Part shown: positions 1 through 7,145 of the stretch, piece after piece | How the letters are laid out: every line of letters starts with the position of its first letter | How positions within the stretch are numbered: the stretch's first letter is position 1 | Source of the DNA: a virus | Strand: one strand, 5' to 3' | IMG/VR virus record: IMGVR_UViG_3300021285_000001 | Length of the DNA stretch: 62,061 bases | Notes under the pieces: model-generated | The model's database searches: none | What the model was told of the DNA's origin: nothing | The model's input: only the letters and a program-made list of their open reading frames with translations | Position numbers and translations under genes: made by a program

Positions 1-127
1 GCTTAACAGCAGGGAGTTGATTTCTTCCGTGTTCAGTTCTCTGATTTCGTCCATTTTTGCGTCCTCCTTTAGAATGGCAGGTCTTCGTCGGGCGGTACCT
101 CCGAGAAGTCGCTCGGCGTGGCGGCGG
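1..127. repeat. Terminal overlap, copy A
   Basis: Base-for-base identical to 61935-62061 when both ends are read. The length is typical of an assembler k-mer overlap. Confidence 0.95.
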
Positions 128-482
128 TGCTGTTTGGGGTGTTTTCTGTATGCTGCGGCTTGCTGTCTGCGGGCAGAATGTTGAGGATTTGGAATTCTAC
201 CGCCTTGCGCGGCTTGCCGTCTTTGTCCTCCCATTTTCGCGTCCTGACGGCGGCTTCGACGACTACCTTTCTGCCTTTGGTGAGGTATCGCGAGCAGAAT
301 TCGGCGGTGCTGCGCCACGCTACCATTGTGAGCCAGTCTGTCTCTGCCTTCTCTGCGTCTTTGCCTTTCGGTCGCTCTACGGCGAGGTTGAATGTGCAGG
401 TCGGGATTCCGCTTTGGGTCATTCGCAGTTCGGGGTCGCTGCCGATCCTGCCGGTGAATACGCTCTTGTTGATGTCAGCCAT
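69..482 (-). CDS. ssb: Single-stranded DNA-binding protein
   Basis: OB-fold SSB N-terminus (MADINKSVFTGRIGSDPELR, WLTMVAWR), acidic C-terminal tip PPDEDLPF, AAGGAG RBS. Confidence 0.9.
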   Translation of the reverse strand: MADINKSVFTGRIGSDPELRMTQSGIPTCTFNLAVERPKGKDAEKAETDWLTMVAWRSTAEFCSRYLTKGRKVVVEAAVRTRKWEDKDGKPRKAVEFQILNILPADSKPQHTENTPNSTAATPSDFSEVPPDEDLPF

Positions 483-1011
483 TGTCTTCGTCTCCTTCGT
501 AATATTTTACTATTTCATCGGCTTGCGCCTGTGAAATCCTTATGATTGGCATATTGTGCTTCTTGGCGAGTTCAATTTCCGCCTGCATACCTTCACTGAT
601 GCGGTCTCCGAATACCCAGAGTTCGTCGCACCGTTTCAGGACTTCGGCGGCGAGTTCCAGTCCGAGGTTTCGCTCGCCTGGGCTGAATTCGTCCATAAAC
701 CTTGTAAAAAGAAGGTGTGGGGCGATGGGCGTCGCGTGGCTGGCTACCGCTGCGCGGCTATACCATTCTGCGTTCCGCAGGTTTCGTTCCAGCCGCTTGC
801 GCCCCAGCTCGCCGGTGGCTCGCGGGTTGCAGGGGGAGCAGATATAAACGACGCGCTCGTAGTGGAGGTAATGTCCGGCGCACCAGCTCGCGCATCTCCG
901 CTTTTCTGCCGGTATGTAACTGTCGCAGGTCGCCGAGTTCATCTCTTTGGTGAGGCTTCCTGTTCGGCAGTTGCCGCAGAATTCTATCGGGTAAGTGTCG
1001 AAGGGCTTCAT
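475..1011 (-). CDS. Cys-rich N-terminus plus nucleoside 2-deoxyribosyltransferase-like (DUF4406-type) domain protein
   Basis: VYICSPCNP...APHLLFTRFMDE...CDELWVFGDRISEGMQAEIELAKKHNMPI resembles the DUF4406 / deoxyribosyltransferase-like pattern. Recognised by eye only. Confidence 0.45.
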   Translation of the reverse strand: MKPFDTYPIEFCGNCRTGSLTKEMNSATCDSYIPAEKRRCASWCAGHYLHYERVVYICSPCNPRATGELGRKRLERNLRNAEWYSRAAVASHATPIAPHLLFTRFMDEFSPGERNLGLELAAEVLKRCDELWVFGDRISEGMQAEIELAKKHNMPIIRISQAQADEIVKYYEGDEDNG

Positions 1012-1838
1012 TTCCCGTCCTCCTTCCCGTGGGTGAGCGTCTGCGGGAATTGCTGGATCAGGTCGTCGCCCCAGACGGCTCTCATCTCCTTGCTGTCCTT
1101 AATCAGGACGGCGGCTCCGGTCGCGCTGGCCGCGCTGATGATGTTCTCGATCCACTCGCGCTTCGGCGTGGTCTTTCCGCGTCGGTTGCCGGTCTCTGCG
1201 CCGATGATTACCCATTTGATGGCGGGTGGCAGTTTTCCATCCTTTCCGAACGCGCCCATCAGCGGCTCGATTGATAAAAAGCAGTTGTGCGCTTCGGAAT
1301 AGAAGAACGGCGTCGCGTCGTCCGTGATGGTCGTTCCGTACCAGTAGTTCTCTTTGGCGGGGAGTTGTCCTTTCGCTCCCGTGTCAATGAGGCGCTGCGG
1401 GTTTTTCGTCAGGAATAGGTAATTGTGCCACGGTGCCGCTTCGCAGGCTTCAAAAACGCGCCGGATCCATTCGTCCGGTACCCACGCTCCGAAAAGGTCA
1501 GCCATGCTGCAGACGAAAATGTTCGCGGGTTTCTTTTTCTGCGCGGGCATCGGCAGGCGGTATTCGTGAAGCGTCGGGGAGAAGCCGGTCGGGAATTGCA
1601 GGGGTGTTTTGCCTTCTGCTTTGAACGGCTCCGGCAGGACATAGAGGATGTTGCCCTTCATGTCCTTCGGGTCGTCCGGCAGCCATTGTTTGATCTGCCC
1701 GCTGCTCTTGTTCAGCCGGACGTCCCCGCAAAATCGGCGGGCGAGCTTCCTTGCGTAGCAATACTCGCAGGTGTGGAGGCATCCGGTTATCGGATTCCAC
1801 GTGAAGTCGCACCAGTCGATTGGGCTTTTGTTCATCAT
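1008..1838 (-). CDS. Phage Gp37/Gp68-family (DUF5131) protein with CX3CX2C cysteine motif
   Basis: N-terminus IDWCDFTWNPITGCLHTCEYCYARK is the family hallmark. C-L-H-T-C-E-Y-C matches the radical-SAM CX3CX2C spacing. Confidence 0.75.
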   Translation of the reverse strand: MMNKSPIDWCDFTWNPITGCLHTCEYCYARKLARRFCGDVRLNKSSGQIKQWLPDDPKDMKGNILYVLPEPFKAEGKTPLQFPTGFSPTLHEYRLPMPAQKKKPANIFVCSMADLFGAWVPDEWIRRVFEACEAAPWHNYLFLTKNPQRLIDTGAKGQLPAKENYWYGTTITDDATPFFYSEAHNCFLSIEPLMGAFGKDGKLPPAIKWVIIGAETGNRRGKTTPKREWIENIISAASATGAAVLIKDSKEMRAVWGDDLIQQFPQTLTHGKEDGK

Positions 1839-1924
1839 GTCGTTTCCTCCTTCTTGGCGGGGTTATAATCAAATCCCGCCGTTTTTGGTTTTAAGGTGTG
1901 GCTTTCGGTGGCTTTTTCTGCCCC

Positions 1925-2605
1925 TTATAACCACGATTGGTTGTTTCGGTCGTCCATCCACTTCCGGTATGTCTTGTAGTCCATGTCGCGGATTCGCTTC
2001 ATCACCGAAAGGATCAGCCATTTCTGCTCCTCGTGGGTCATCTCTCTGAAGGTCGGTTTCCGCTTTGTCCGCAGTCCTACGTATTGCCCTTTGTGGAGGT
2101 AGACCAGAATTCCGATGTCTGGCGGCACCAGCGGCTCGATCTCCTTGTAGATTTCCTCCGGCACGGCGTAGAAGTTCATGTTCCCGATGAAGTTGTGACC
2201 GTGTTCGCTCTTGAAGTCGCTCTTGCTGACTTTTATCTCGAAACAGGTCAGCAGGATCATCTGCGTTCCCATTTTGGTGATGCCGTTCCATTTGCAGGAG
2301 GTCTGTTCGCAGTAGGTTGGCAGCGGCTTCATTGCGTCGTGTCCGAGTTCACAGGTCAGGCTTTGTCTGAAGCCTTCCTTCCGCCACCCCGCAGGGCGGC
2401 AGATGTGCCGGTATTCAATGTCGCCGAAGTATTCCGATACCCTGACCGCGTCAACGATGCCACTCTGGGTCGTTCCGCACTCGGCGACCACCTCCAGCGC
2501 GGTGTGCTGTCCTCGAAACTTGTTGATCCTGATGTCGCCGATCTGGGCGGGCGACCATGCGAGGAGTGCCTGCTCGATGTTCTTGGTCATCTCCGTTTTA
2601 GCCAT
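1925..2605 (-). CDS. PD-(D/E)XK nuclease-fold protein, MmcB-like
   Basis: GIVDAVRV ... LLTCFEIKVSKSDFKSE ... NFYAVP fits a D...E.K nuclease core as in MmcB-type proteins. Confidence 0.45.
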   Translation of the reverse strand: MAKTEMTKNIEQALLAWSPAQIGDIRINKFRGQHTALEVVAECGTTQSGIVDAVRVSEYFGDIEYRHICRPAGWRKEGFRQSLTCELGHDAMKPLPTYCEQTSCKWNGITKMGTQMILLTCFEIKVSKSDFKSEHGHNFIGNMNFYAVPEEIYKEIEPLVPPDIGILVYLHKGQYVGLRTKRKPTFREMTHEEQKWLILSVMKRIRDMDYKTYRKWMDDRNNQSWL

Positions 2606-2954
2606 TGGCGCTGGTCTCCCTTCCGAAGCTGACCATTCCGCTTTCGAGCATTCGCGCCATCATCAGCTCGTTCAGCTCTAAAAACAGCAGGTCGCACGGG
2701 TCTTCCGTCTTGACCGTCTCACCGTTGACCGTGAGCGTCCCCGTTATGCTCCAGCATATTCCGTGTCGCTTTGTGCCTATCTCGATGCCGATGTCTCCGG
2801 TGTAAAATTCGGAGAATTCGCGCAGGATTTTCTCCGCTTCCTGTTTTGCCTTCTCAACGAGGCGCGGGACGTCGCGGGTGGTGCAGGAGAAGTAGTCGGG
2901 GTGTTCCTTCGAGTATTCCTCGTGGATCCGCTGGTGATATGTTATCGCGCTCAT
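2598..2954 (-). CDS. Hypothetical protein
   Basis: The internal Met (MSAITYHQ) has an AAGGAGG RBS. The upstream 67 codons of the tracked ORF overlap the VR2 gene and look like out-of-frame read-through. Confidence 0.5.
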   Translation of the reverse strand: MSAITYHQRIHEEYSKEHPDYFSCTTRDVPRLVEKAKQEAEKILREFSEFYTGDIGIEIGTKRHGICWSITGTLTVNGETVKTEDPCDLLFLELNELMMARMLESGMVSFGRETSANG

Positions 2955-2970
2955 TGTGTCGCCTCCTTCT

Positions 2971-2990
2971 CCGCCCCATGAAGGGGCTGG
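2971..2990 (-). promoter_or_regulatory. GC-rich hairpin 28 nt downstream of VR2 (DGR target-recognition-type element)
   Basis: ccgcccc-atgaa-ggggc(t)gg forms a 7-bp stem with one bulge. It is homologous to the hairpin at 28650-28670 and has identical 28-nt spacing from the VR end. Confidence 0.55.
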
Positions 2991-3001
2991 ATTTCGCTGA
3001 T

Positions 3002-3634
3002 TCACGGATTGATCAGGAAGCCGAACGCGACCCCGTAGGCGGAGTTCGCGATGTAGTAGTTGGCGGTGCCGTAGCTGTAGACATTCCAGAAGAAGTACGT
3101 GTAGCCCGTGTGCGGGGAACGGAGCCAGTAAAACCATGTACCGTTGTCTCCGCATTCTTTCACGCGGCTTTTCTCGGTGCTGTAAAGATTGAAGTGGATG
3201 TCTTCGTAGTCGCCTGTTCTGGGGTCGTTGGTGAGGTCGTCTCCGAACATCTCCGTCACGGAAGGGAGCCAGATTTCGTCGGGCGTTCCGCCCTCCACGA
3301 TTTTGCCGTTGATTTTCTGCTTGATTGCTCTGGGAACGATGACCGCTCTCAATTCATCCGGCAAAAGCGGGAGGATGTCCTCGCGCAGGTGGCGGCGCAT
3401 CTCCGAGGGGTTATATCCGCCTTTGTTCGTCCATTCCTTGTTCATTGCCCATTGCTCCGGCAGGCAGTCGTAGCAAACAACAGCGGCTGTGGCTCCGTAG
3501 ACGCCGGTGGCGGCGATCTCGTATTTGATTTCCTGTCCGTTCTTCAGCGTGTCGGTGATAACGGCTCCGAGGATGGGGTTTTCTGCGATTTCCTTCCAGT
3601 TGGTCTCTTTGGTGGTTTTGACTGTGATATTCAT
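3002..3634 (-). CDS. DGR variable protein 2 (small C-type-lectin-like/DUF6273-like target)
   Basis: C-terminus WFYWLRSPHTGYTYFFWNVYSYGTANYYIANSAYGVAFGFLINP parallels the fibre C-terminus and the TR. The upstream part (EIWLPSVTEM, MRRHLREDILPLLPDEL) parallels the fibre's penultimate domain. Confidence 0.8.
   Translation of the reverse strand: MNITVKTTKETNWKEIAENPILGAVITDTLKNGQEIKYEIAATGVYGATAAVVCYDCLPEQWAMNKEWTNKGGYNPSEMRRHLREDILPLLPDELRAVIVPRAIKQKINGKIVEGGTPDEIWLPSVTEMFGDDLTNDPRTGDYEDIHFNLYSTEKSRVKECGDNGTWFYWLRSPHTGYTYFFWNVYSYGTANYYIANSAYGVAFGFLINP
3019..3127 (-). repeat. DGR variable region 2 (VR2)
   Basis: Aligns to TR 28041-28152. By hand alignment there are 13 mismatches, all at TR coding-strand adenines, plus loss of one AAC codon from the (AAC)5 run. 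Confidence 0.85.
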
Positions 3635-3649
3635 TTTCGTTTCTCCTTT

Positions 3650-4723
3650 TCAAAAAAATCTATAATGGCAGCCTTCCGCGAGCTTCTCGTAGTTCTCGTT
3701 CAGAAGGTTGAGGGTCTTGATGATTCCCGCTGGTGTCAGATCGTAGGTCTTGGCGATCCACTCCGCTGCGATTTCGTCCATCATGGTGTTGTCCTCGGCG
3801 GTCGCTCTGCCGTTGGTCAGCTTGGTCTTTACATTGACGCTCACTGGCTGCGCCATTCCGATGGCGTAGGCAAGCTGCACCTCTACGCTCTGGATTTCGT
3901 CGAAGCGTTGAATGAGGTCGCAGGCGATTTTTCGAGCCATGTATGCGCCGCTGCGGTCTACCTTGCTGGGGTCTTTGCCGCTGAAGGCTCCGCCTCCTAC
4001 GGGGCAGTAGCCGCCGTATTGGTCGCATACGATCTTCCTTCCGGTCAGTCCTGCGTCCGCTTCGGGTCCGCCTATCGTCCACGGTCCCGCAGGATTGGCT
4101 ATGACCTTCGCTTTGTTGGTGTCGATTCCGCAGTCCCAGAGTATTTCGTGGATTCCGTGAATGACCGACATCTGCGCTATGCTTTCTTTGTGGCAGGCGC
4201 TCACAAGGACGGCTTTCACGCTGGAAATGTCGGGCGGCGCGTCAAGGTCGACGGTTACCTGGCACTTCGCGTCGCCTTTGAAGAAGGTATCGGGGTTGGT
4301 CTCGACGTCCTTTTCAATGGCCGCGATTATGCGGTTGGCAAGGTCAAAACCGAAGGGCAGGAGGCTCTCGGTCTCTCTGCAGGCGTATCCGTACATCATG
4401 CCCTGATCGCCAGCGCCCTGCGCTTCTCCTTCGCCGACGCCTGCGGCAATTTCGGGCGATTGCTTCTGTATGTAGGTCATGATGTGGTCGGCTTTGTATC
4501 CGAGTTTCTTTGCCACTCCGTTTACGATCTCGGCGTAGTTTATCTCGGCTCTGGTGGTGATTTCTCCGGCAAGGATTACGGTGGTATCCTTTACCAGCGT
4601 TTCGCAAGCCACGCGGCTGTCCTTATCTTGGCGCAGGCAGGCGTCGAGAACGGCGTCGCTGATCTGGTCTGCGTATTTGTCCGGGTGGTACCGGCTCACT
4701 TGTTCTGTACTGAATAGTCGCAT
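3650..4723 (-). CDS. metK: S-adenosylmethionine synthetase
   Basis: GEITT, GAGDQGMMYGYA and GGGAFSGKDPSKVDRS motifs. Start moved to MRLFSTEQ, which has a GAAGGAGG RBS. Confidence 0.93.
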   Translation of the reverse strand: MRLFSTEQVSRYHPDKYADQISDAVLDACLRQDKDSRVACETLVKDTTVILAGEITTRAEINYAEIVNGVAKKLGYKADHIMTYIQKQSPEIAAGVGEGEAQGAGDQGMMYGYACRETESLLPFGFDLANRIIAAIEKDVETNPDTFFKGDAKCQVTVDLDAPPDISSVKAVLVSACHKESIAQMSVIHGIHEILWDCGIDTNKAKVIANPAGPWTIGGPEADAGLTGRKIVCDQYGGYCPVGGGAFSGKDPSKVDRSGAYMARKIACDLIQRFDEIQSVEVQLAYAIGMAQPVSVNVKTKLTNGRATAEDNTMMDEIAAEWIAKTYDLTPAGIIKTLNLLNENYEKLAEGCHYRFF

Positions 4724-4736
4724 TGTCCAGCCTCCT

Positions 4737-5069
4737 TCAATCTTCAAACACTCTTATGAGGTCGCCCTGTATCCCGTATCCGAAGCACAGGCTTCCGTGG
4801 TCGCAAATAAGGGCGAGTTCTGGGGTTGTGAGCTTTGGCTCGTTTTTGTAAATGCGGTATAATGCGTGGTTGTATCCTGCTTTTCTGCCTATCACAACAT
4901 CGTAGTCACTGAAGCTGCAGTCGTCTCCGTCTTTTAGGTCAATCTTCACGTCGTTTCGGTAGACCTTATATCTATCGGTCAGCTCTTTGTGGATTTCGGC
5001 GTTCATCTGAGCTTTTTCTCTCTCGTTCTCCGTGAACGCAAAAGACGGGTATATTTTCTTTTCAATCAT
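4737..5069 (-). CDS. Hypothetical protein
   Basis: 110-aa ORF with normal composition, tightly packed in the operon. Confidence 0.5.
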   Translation of the reverse strand: MIEKKIYPSFAFTENEREKAQMNAEIHKELTDRYKVYRNDVKIDLKDGDDCSFSDYDVVIGRKAGYNHALYRIYKNEPKLTTPELALICDHGSLCFGYGIQGDLIRVFED

Positions 5070-5081
5070 ATTTATCCCTCC

Positions 5082-5288
5082 TTACTTCGCCTTCTTGAAC
5101 ACGCGCTTCCAGTTCAGGCTGAAGTTGCGGTTGATGTGCGTCCAGCCGGATCGTCTCATCACGGCTTTGGCTATGCTTCTGGCGAGGCTGCGGGGGTAGA
5201 CGCCGGACGGCTCGCTCTGCGGGTTACGTCTCTTGCGGAAGGCTTTCAGTTCCGCCTGTGTTCTGGTCTTTCTCTTATTGCTTTTCAT
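5082..5288 (-). CDS. Hypothetical small basic protein
   Basis: 68-aa Lys/Arg-rich ORF in the operon context. Confidence 0.4.
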   Translation of the reverse strand: MKSNKRKTRTQAELKAFRKRRNPQSEPSGVYPRSLARSIAKAVMRRSGWTHINRNFSLNWKRVFKKAK

Positions 5289-5454
5289 GGGTAGCTCCTC
5301 CTTTGGTATTGATGGTTATTTTGATTTCCTTTGTGTCTTCGTCAAAGGAAACGTACACGGTACCGTCCGGTTTTCCTCCGGCTTCAATGATGAACGCTGT
5401 CGGTATCTGAAGGCGGCATTTGCCGTCCATTTTCTTCTTTTCGCAGAGGATCAT
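5275..5454 (-). CDS. Hypothetical small protein (possible AbrB/SpoVT-like fold)
   Basis: Internal start MILCEKKK with a GGAGG RBS. CRLQIPTAFIIEAGGKPDGTVYVSFDED loosely resembles a swapped-hairpin DNA-binding domain. Confidence 0.35.
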   Translation of the reverse strand: MILCEKKKMDGKCRLQIPTAFIIEAGGKPDGTVYVSFDEDTKEIKITINTKGGATHEKQ

Positions 5455-5723
5455 ATCCACACCTCCACGATGACGGGGTCGTCTTCTTCCATCGGCGGCA
5501 GTTTCGTCATGTTGGGCGGTATTTTCGCCCTGATATCCTCCAGCGTGTCCGCCAGCGCCACGAGGTGCGTCGGGTGGTTTGCGTCCCATACCCGCGCCAC
5601 GTAGCTGCTGGGGTAGTCTGTCGGGTGGTCGTAAATGCAAATCATCGGCAGTCTGGCTGTTTTCGTCAGCCGGATGTAGTCAAACGCTCCGCCGACGATT
5701 CTGTCGTCTCGTTCTGTTGCCAT
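5451..5723 (-). CDS. Hypothetical protein
   Basis: 90-aa ORF with an ATGA-type overlap with its neighbour. Confidence 0.5.
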   Translation of the reverse strand: MATERDDRIVGGAFDYIRLTKTARLPMICIYDHPTDYPSSYVARVWDANHPTHLVALADTLEDIRAKIPPNMTKLPPMEEDDPVIVEVWI

Positions 5724-5736
5724 AGTGTCTCTCCTT

Positions 5737-5889
5737 TCAAAGAATGGCTACGGTGACGATGATGGCGATTGCCAGCACCACGCCTGCCACGAAGTAGGTC
5801 ACGCGCTCTTTCTGGGTCTTTGCTCCGATTGCTCCGCAGAAGTAAACTGCCATAAAAAGCATGAGCGCGATCTGAAGTGCTATTTTCAT
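5737..5889 (-). CDS. Small membrane protein (50 aa, below the ORF-track cutoff)
   Basis: Hand translation MKIALQIALMLFMAVYFCGAIGAKTQKERVTYFVAGVVLAIAIIVTVAIL gives two hydrophobic helices. AAGGAGG RBS; ATGA overlap with the recU-like stop. Confidence 0.45.
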   Translation of the reverse strand: MKIALQIALMLFMAVYFCGAIGAKTQKERVTYFVAGVVLAIAIIVTVAIL

Positions 5890-6485
5890 TGCTCCGTTCC
5901 TCCTTTCATCCTGTCTATGATTTCGAGGTATGGAAGCCCTGACGCGCCTCCGGTTTTGATTTCCCAGTCCGGCAGGAAATCGTCAGCGCTGGCGCTTGCC
6001 ATGCCCGGTGTCATCCATGTGAAGCCGCGAGCGTTGACGATTATCTGTTCGCATTTTCGCGCCTTCGGGTTTGGTTTGTGTCTCCATGCGTCTCTGGCCG
6101 CTTTCCAAAATTCCCACGGTACCGCGAAGAAGCGCCGGAGATCGAAGCTCACGATTACGATGCCGACCGCTGCGGGGTCTGCTATGTAGGCATCCATGTA
6201 TTCGGCTTGGTGTGGCTCTACACGGTCAAATGCGATTCTGTCGCCTTCCTCGTGCTTCGCCTCGACCGCTACGGGGGTGCTGCGGTATCTGCCGAGGTAG
6301 TCCACGCAGCTCTTTTCTTCGACCTTGCAGTTGACGACATTGCCGGTGTGGTCCCGCAGGGGGATGAATTCGGTCGGGACTTTGTGAACGCAGGCGATCC
6401 GCTTGTTCTGGTATTGCGCGTGGACGAATTTCAGGAAGTCCTCAAACGGTCGCCCTCGGTTGGCTCTGCTGTAGTCCTTCATCAC
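5886..6485 (-). CDS. recU: RecU-type Holliday junction resolvase
   Basis: RGRPFEDFL, VHKVPTEF, VDYLGRY, VAVEAKHEE and EPHQAEYM follow the RecU catalytic layout. Confidence 0.75.
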   Translation of the reverse strand: MMKDYSRANRGRPFEDFLKFVHAQYQNKRIACVHKVPTEFIPLRDHTGNVVNCKVEEKSCVDYLGRYRSTPVAVEAKHEEGDRIAFDRVEPHQAEYMDAYIADPAAVGIVIVSFDLRRFFAVPWEFWKAARDAWRHKPNPKARKCEQIIVNARGFTWMTPGMASASADDFLPDWEIKTGGASGLPYLEIIDRMKGGTEQ

Positions 6486-6799
6486 GCACCTCCGAGGACG
6501 CCGTCGGCGATTGCGTTGTCGATCTCTTTATGCAGGCGGTATGTGGTGCCGCCGCCGATTCCGTTTCCGCTGCCGACTTTGCCTTCGAGGTAGGCGATGA
6601 AGCGTTCCACGACCTCTCGGTCTGTTTTGCGCTTGGCGTTTTCTTCCTTCGCCAGACGCATCCCTTCGTCTATGCCGGTGCTATGCTGGCGATCCATCGT
6701 CTCGCATAGCTGCTGGTCGGTCATTTTCCGCAAACTGACGGCGCGGTCGTGAATGGCGCGTTCTTCGTCAGTCATGCGGCAGTTCTTCTTTTTTGCCAT
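6482..6799 (-). CDS. Hypothetical protein
   Basis: 105-aa ORF in the operon. Confidence 0.45.
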   Translation of the reverse strand: MAKKKNCRMTDEERAIHDRAVSLRKMTDQQLCETMDRQHSTGIDEGMRLAKEENAKRKTDREVVERFIAYLEGKVGSGNGIGGGTTYRLHKEIDNAIADGVLGGA

Positions 6800-7145
6800 T
6801 TGGATTTCCTCCTTGTTCTATTTGCTGTAGGTATTCTTTTATCGCCTCGGCGACGCTCTGTGCTACCGTTGTGGTTACCGCGTTTCCGAATTGTTTGTAT
6901 GCCTGGGTGTCGCTTACGACTTGTTTCCAGCCTTCGTCAATCGGGAACGCCTGAAGTCGTCCATACTCTCTTGGTGTGAGTTTTCGCACTCTGTATCGCT
7001 TCGGGTCAAAAATCTTTATATGGTGGGTGCCTCCGGCGACCGCTGTAAGGGTTGGCGATATGCCATCGGTGCTATGCACTCTTTTCCCGTGGTCGTGTCC
7101 GCTTTGGTCAAGCCTTCCGATTACTTCGATTTCTTTGTCAGTCAT
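6768..7145 (-). CDS. C5-cytosine DNA methyltransferase, C-terminal fragment/subunit (motifs IX-X)
   Basis: DGISPTLTAVAGG, RKLTPREYGRLQAFP and YKQFGNAV. It has its own AAGGAGG RBS 8 nt before the ATG, which overlaps the upstream stop (ATGA). Confidence 0.8.
   Translation of the reverse strand: MTDKEIEVIGRLDQSGHDHGKRVHSTDGISPTLTAVAGGTHHIKIFDPKRYRVRKLTPREYGRLQAFPIDEGWKQVVSDTQAYKQFGNAVTTTVAQSVAEAIKEYLQQIEQGGNPNGKKEELPHD

Noticed and set aside
1839-1924. Stem GGCGGG-N13-CCCGCC followed by T5, with TATAAT in the loop, as a terminator or promoter between the MmcB-like and Gp37/68 genes.
   Set aside because: The T-run is on the non-transcribed plus strand. On the minus strand no U-tract follows the stem, and no -35 partner was found. 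The evidence is too weak to call.
2771-4717. Long plus-strand ORFs antisense to clear minus-strand genes (for example 2771-4717, 11167-12168, 12691-13836, 23553-24668, 25241-26710, 34016-35230, 47506-48852).
   Set aside because: They overlap genes with unmistakable motifs on the other strand, lack Shine-Dalgarno sequences, and have Arg/Ala/Gly/Val- or Ser-rich shadow-frame composition typical of moderately GC-rich DNA.
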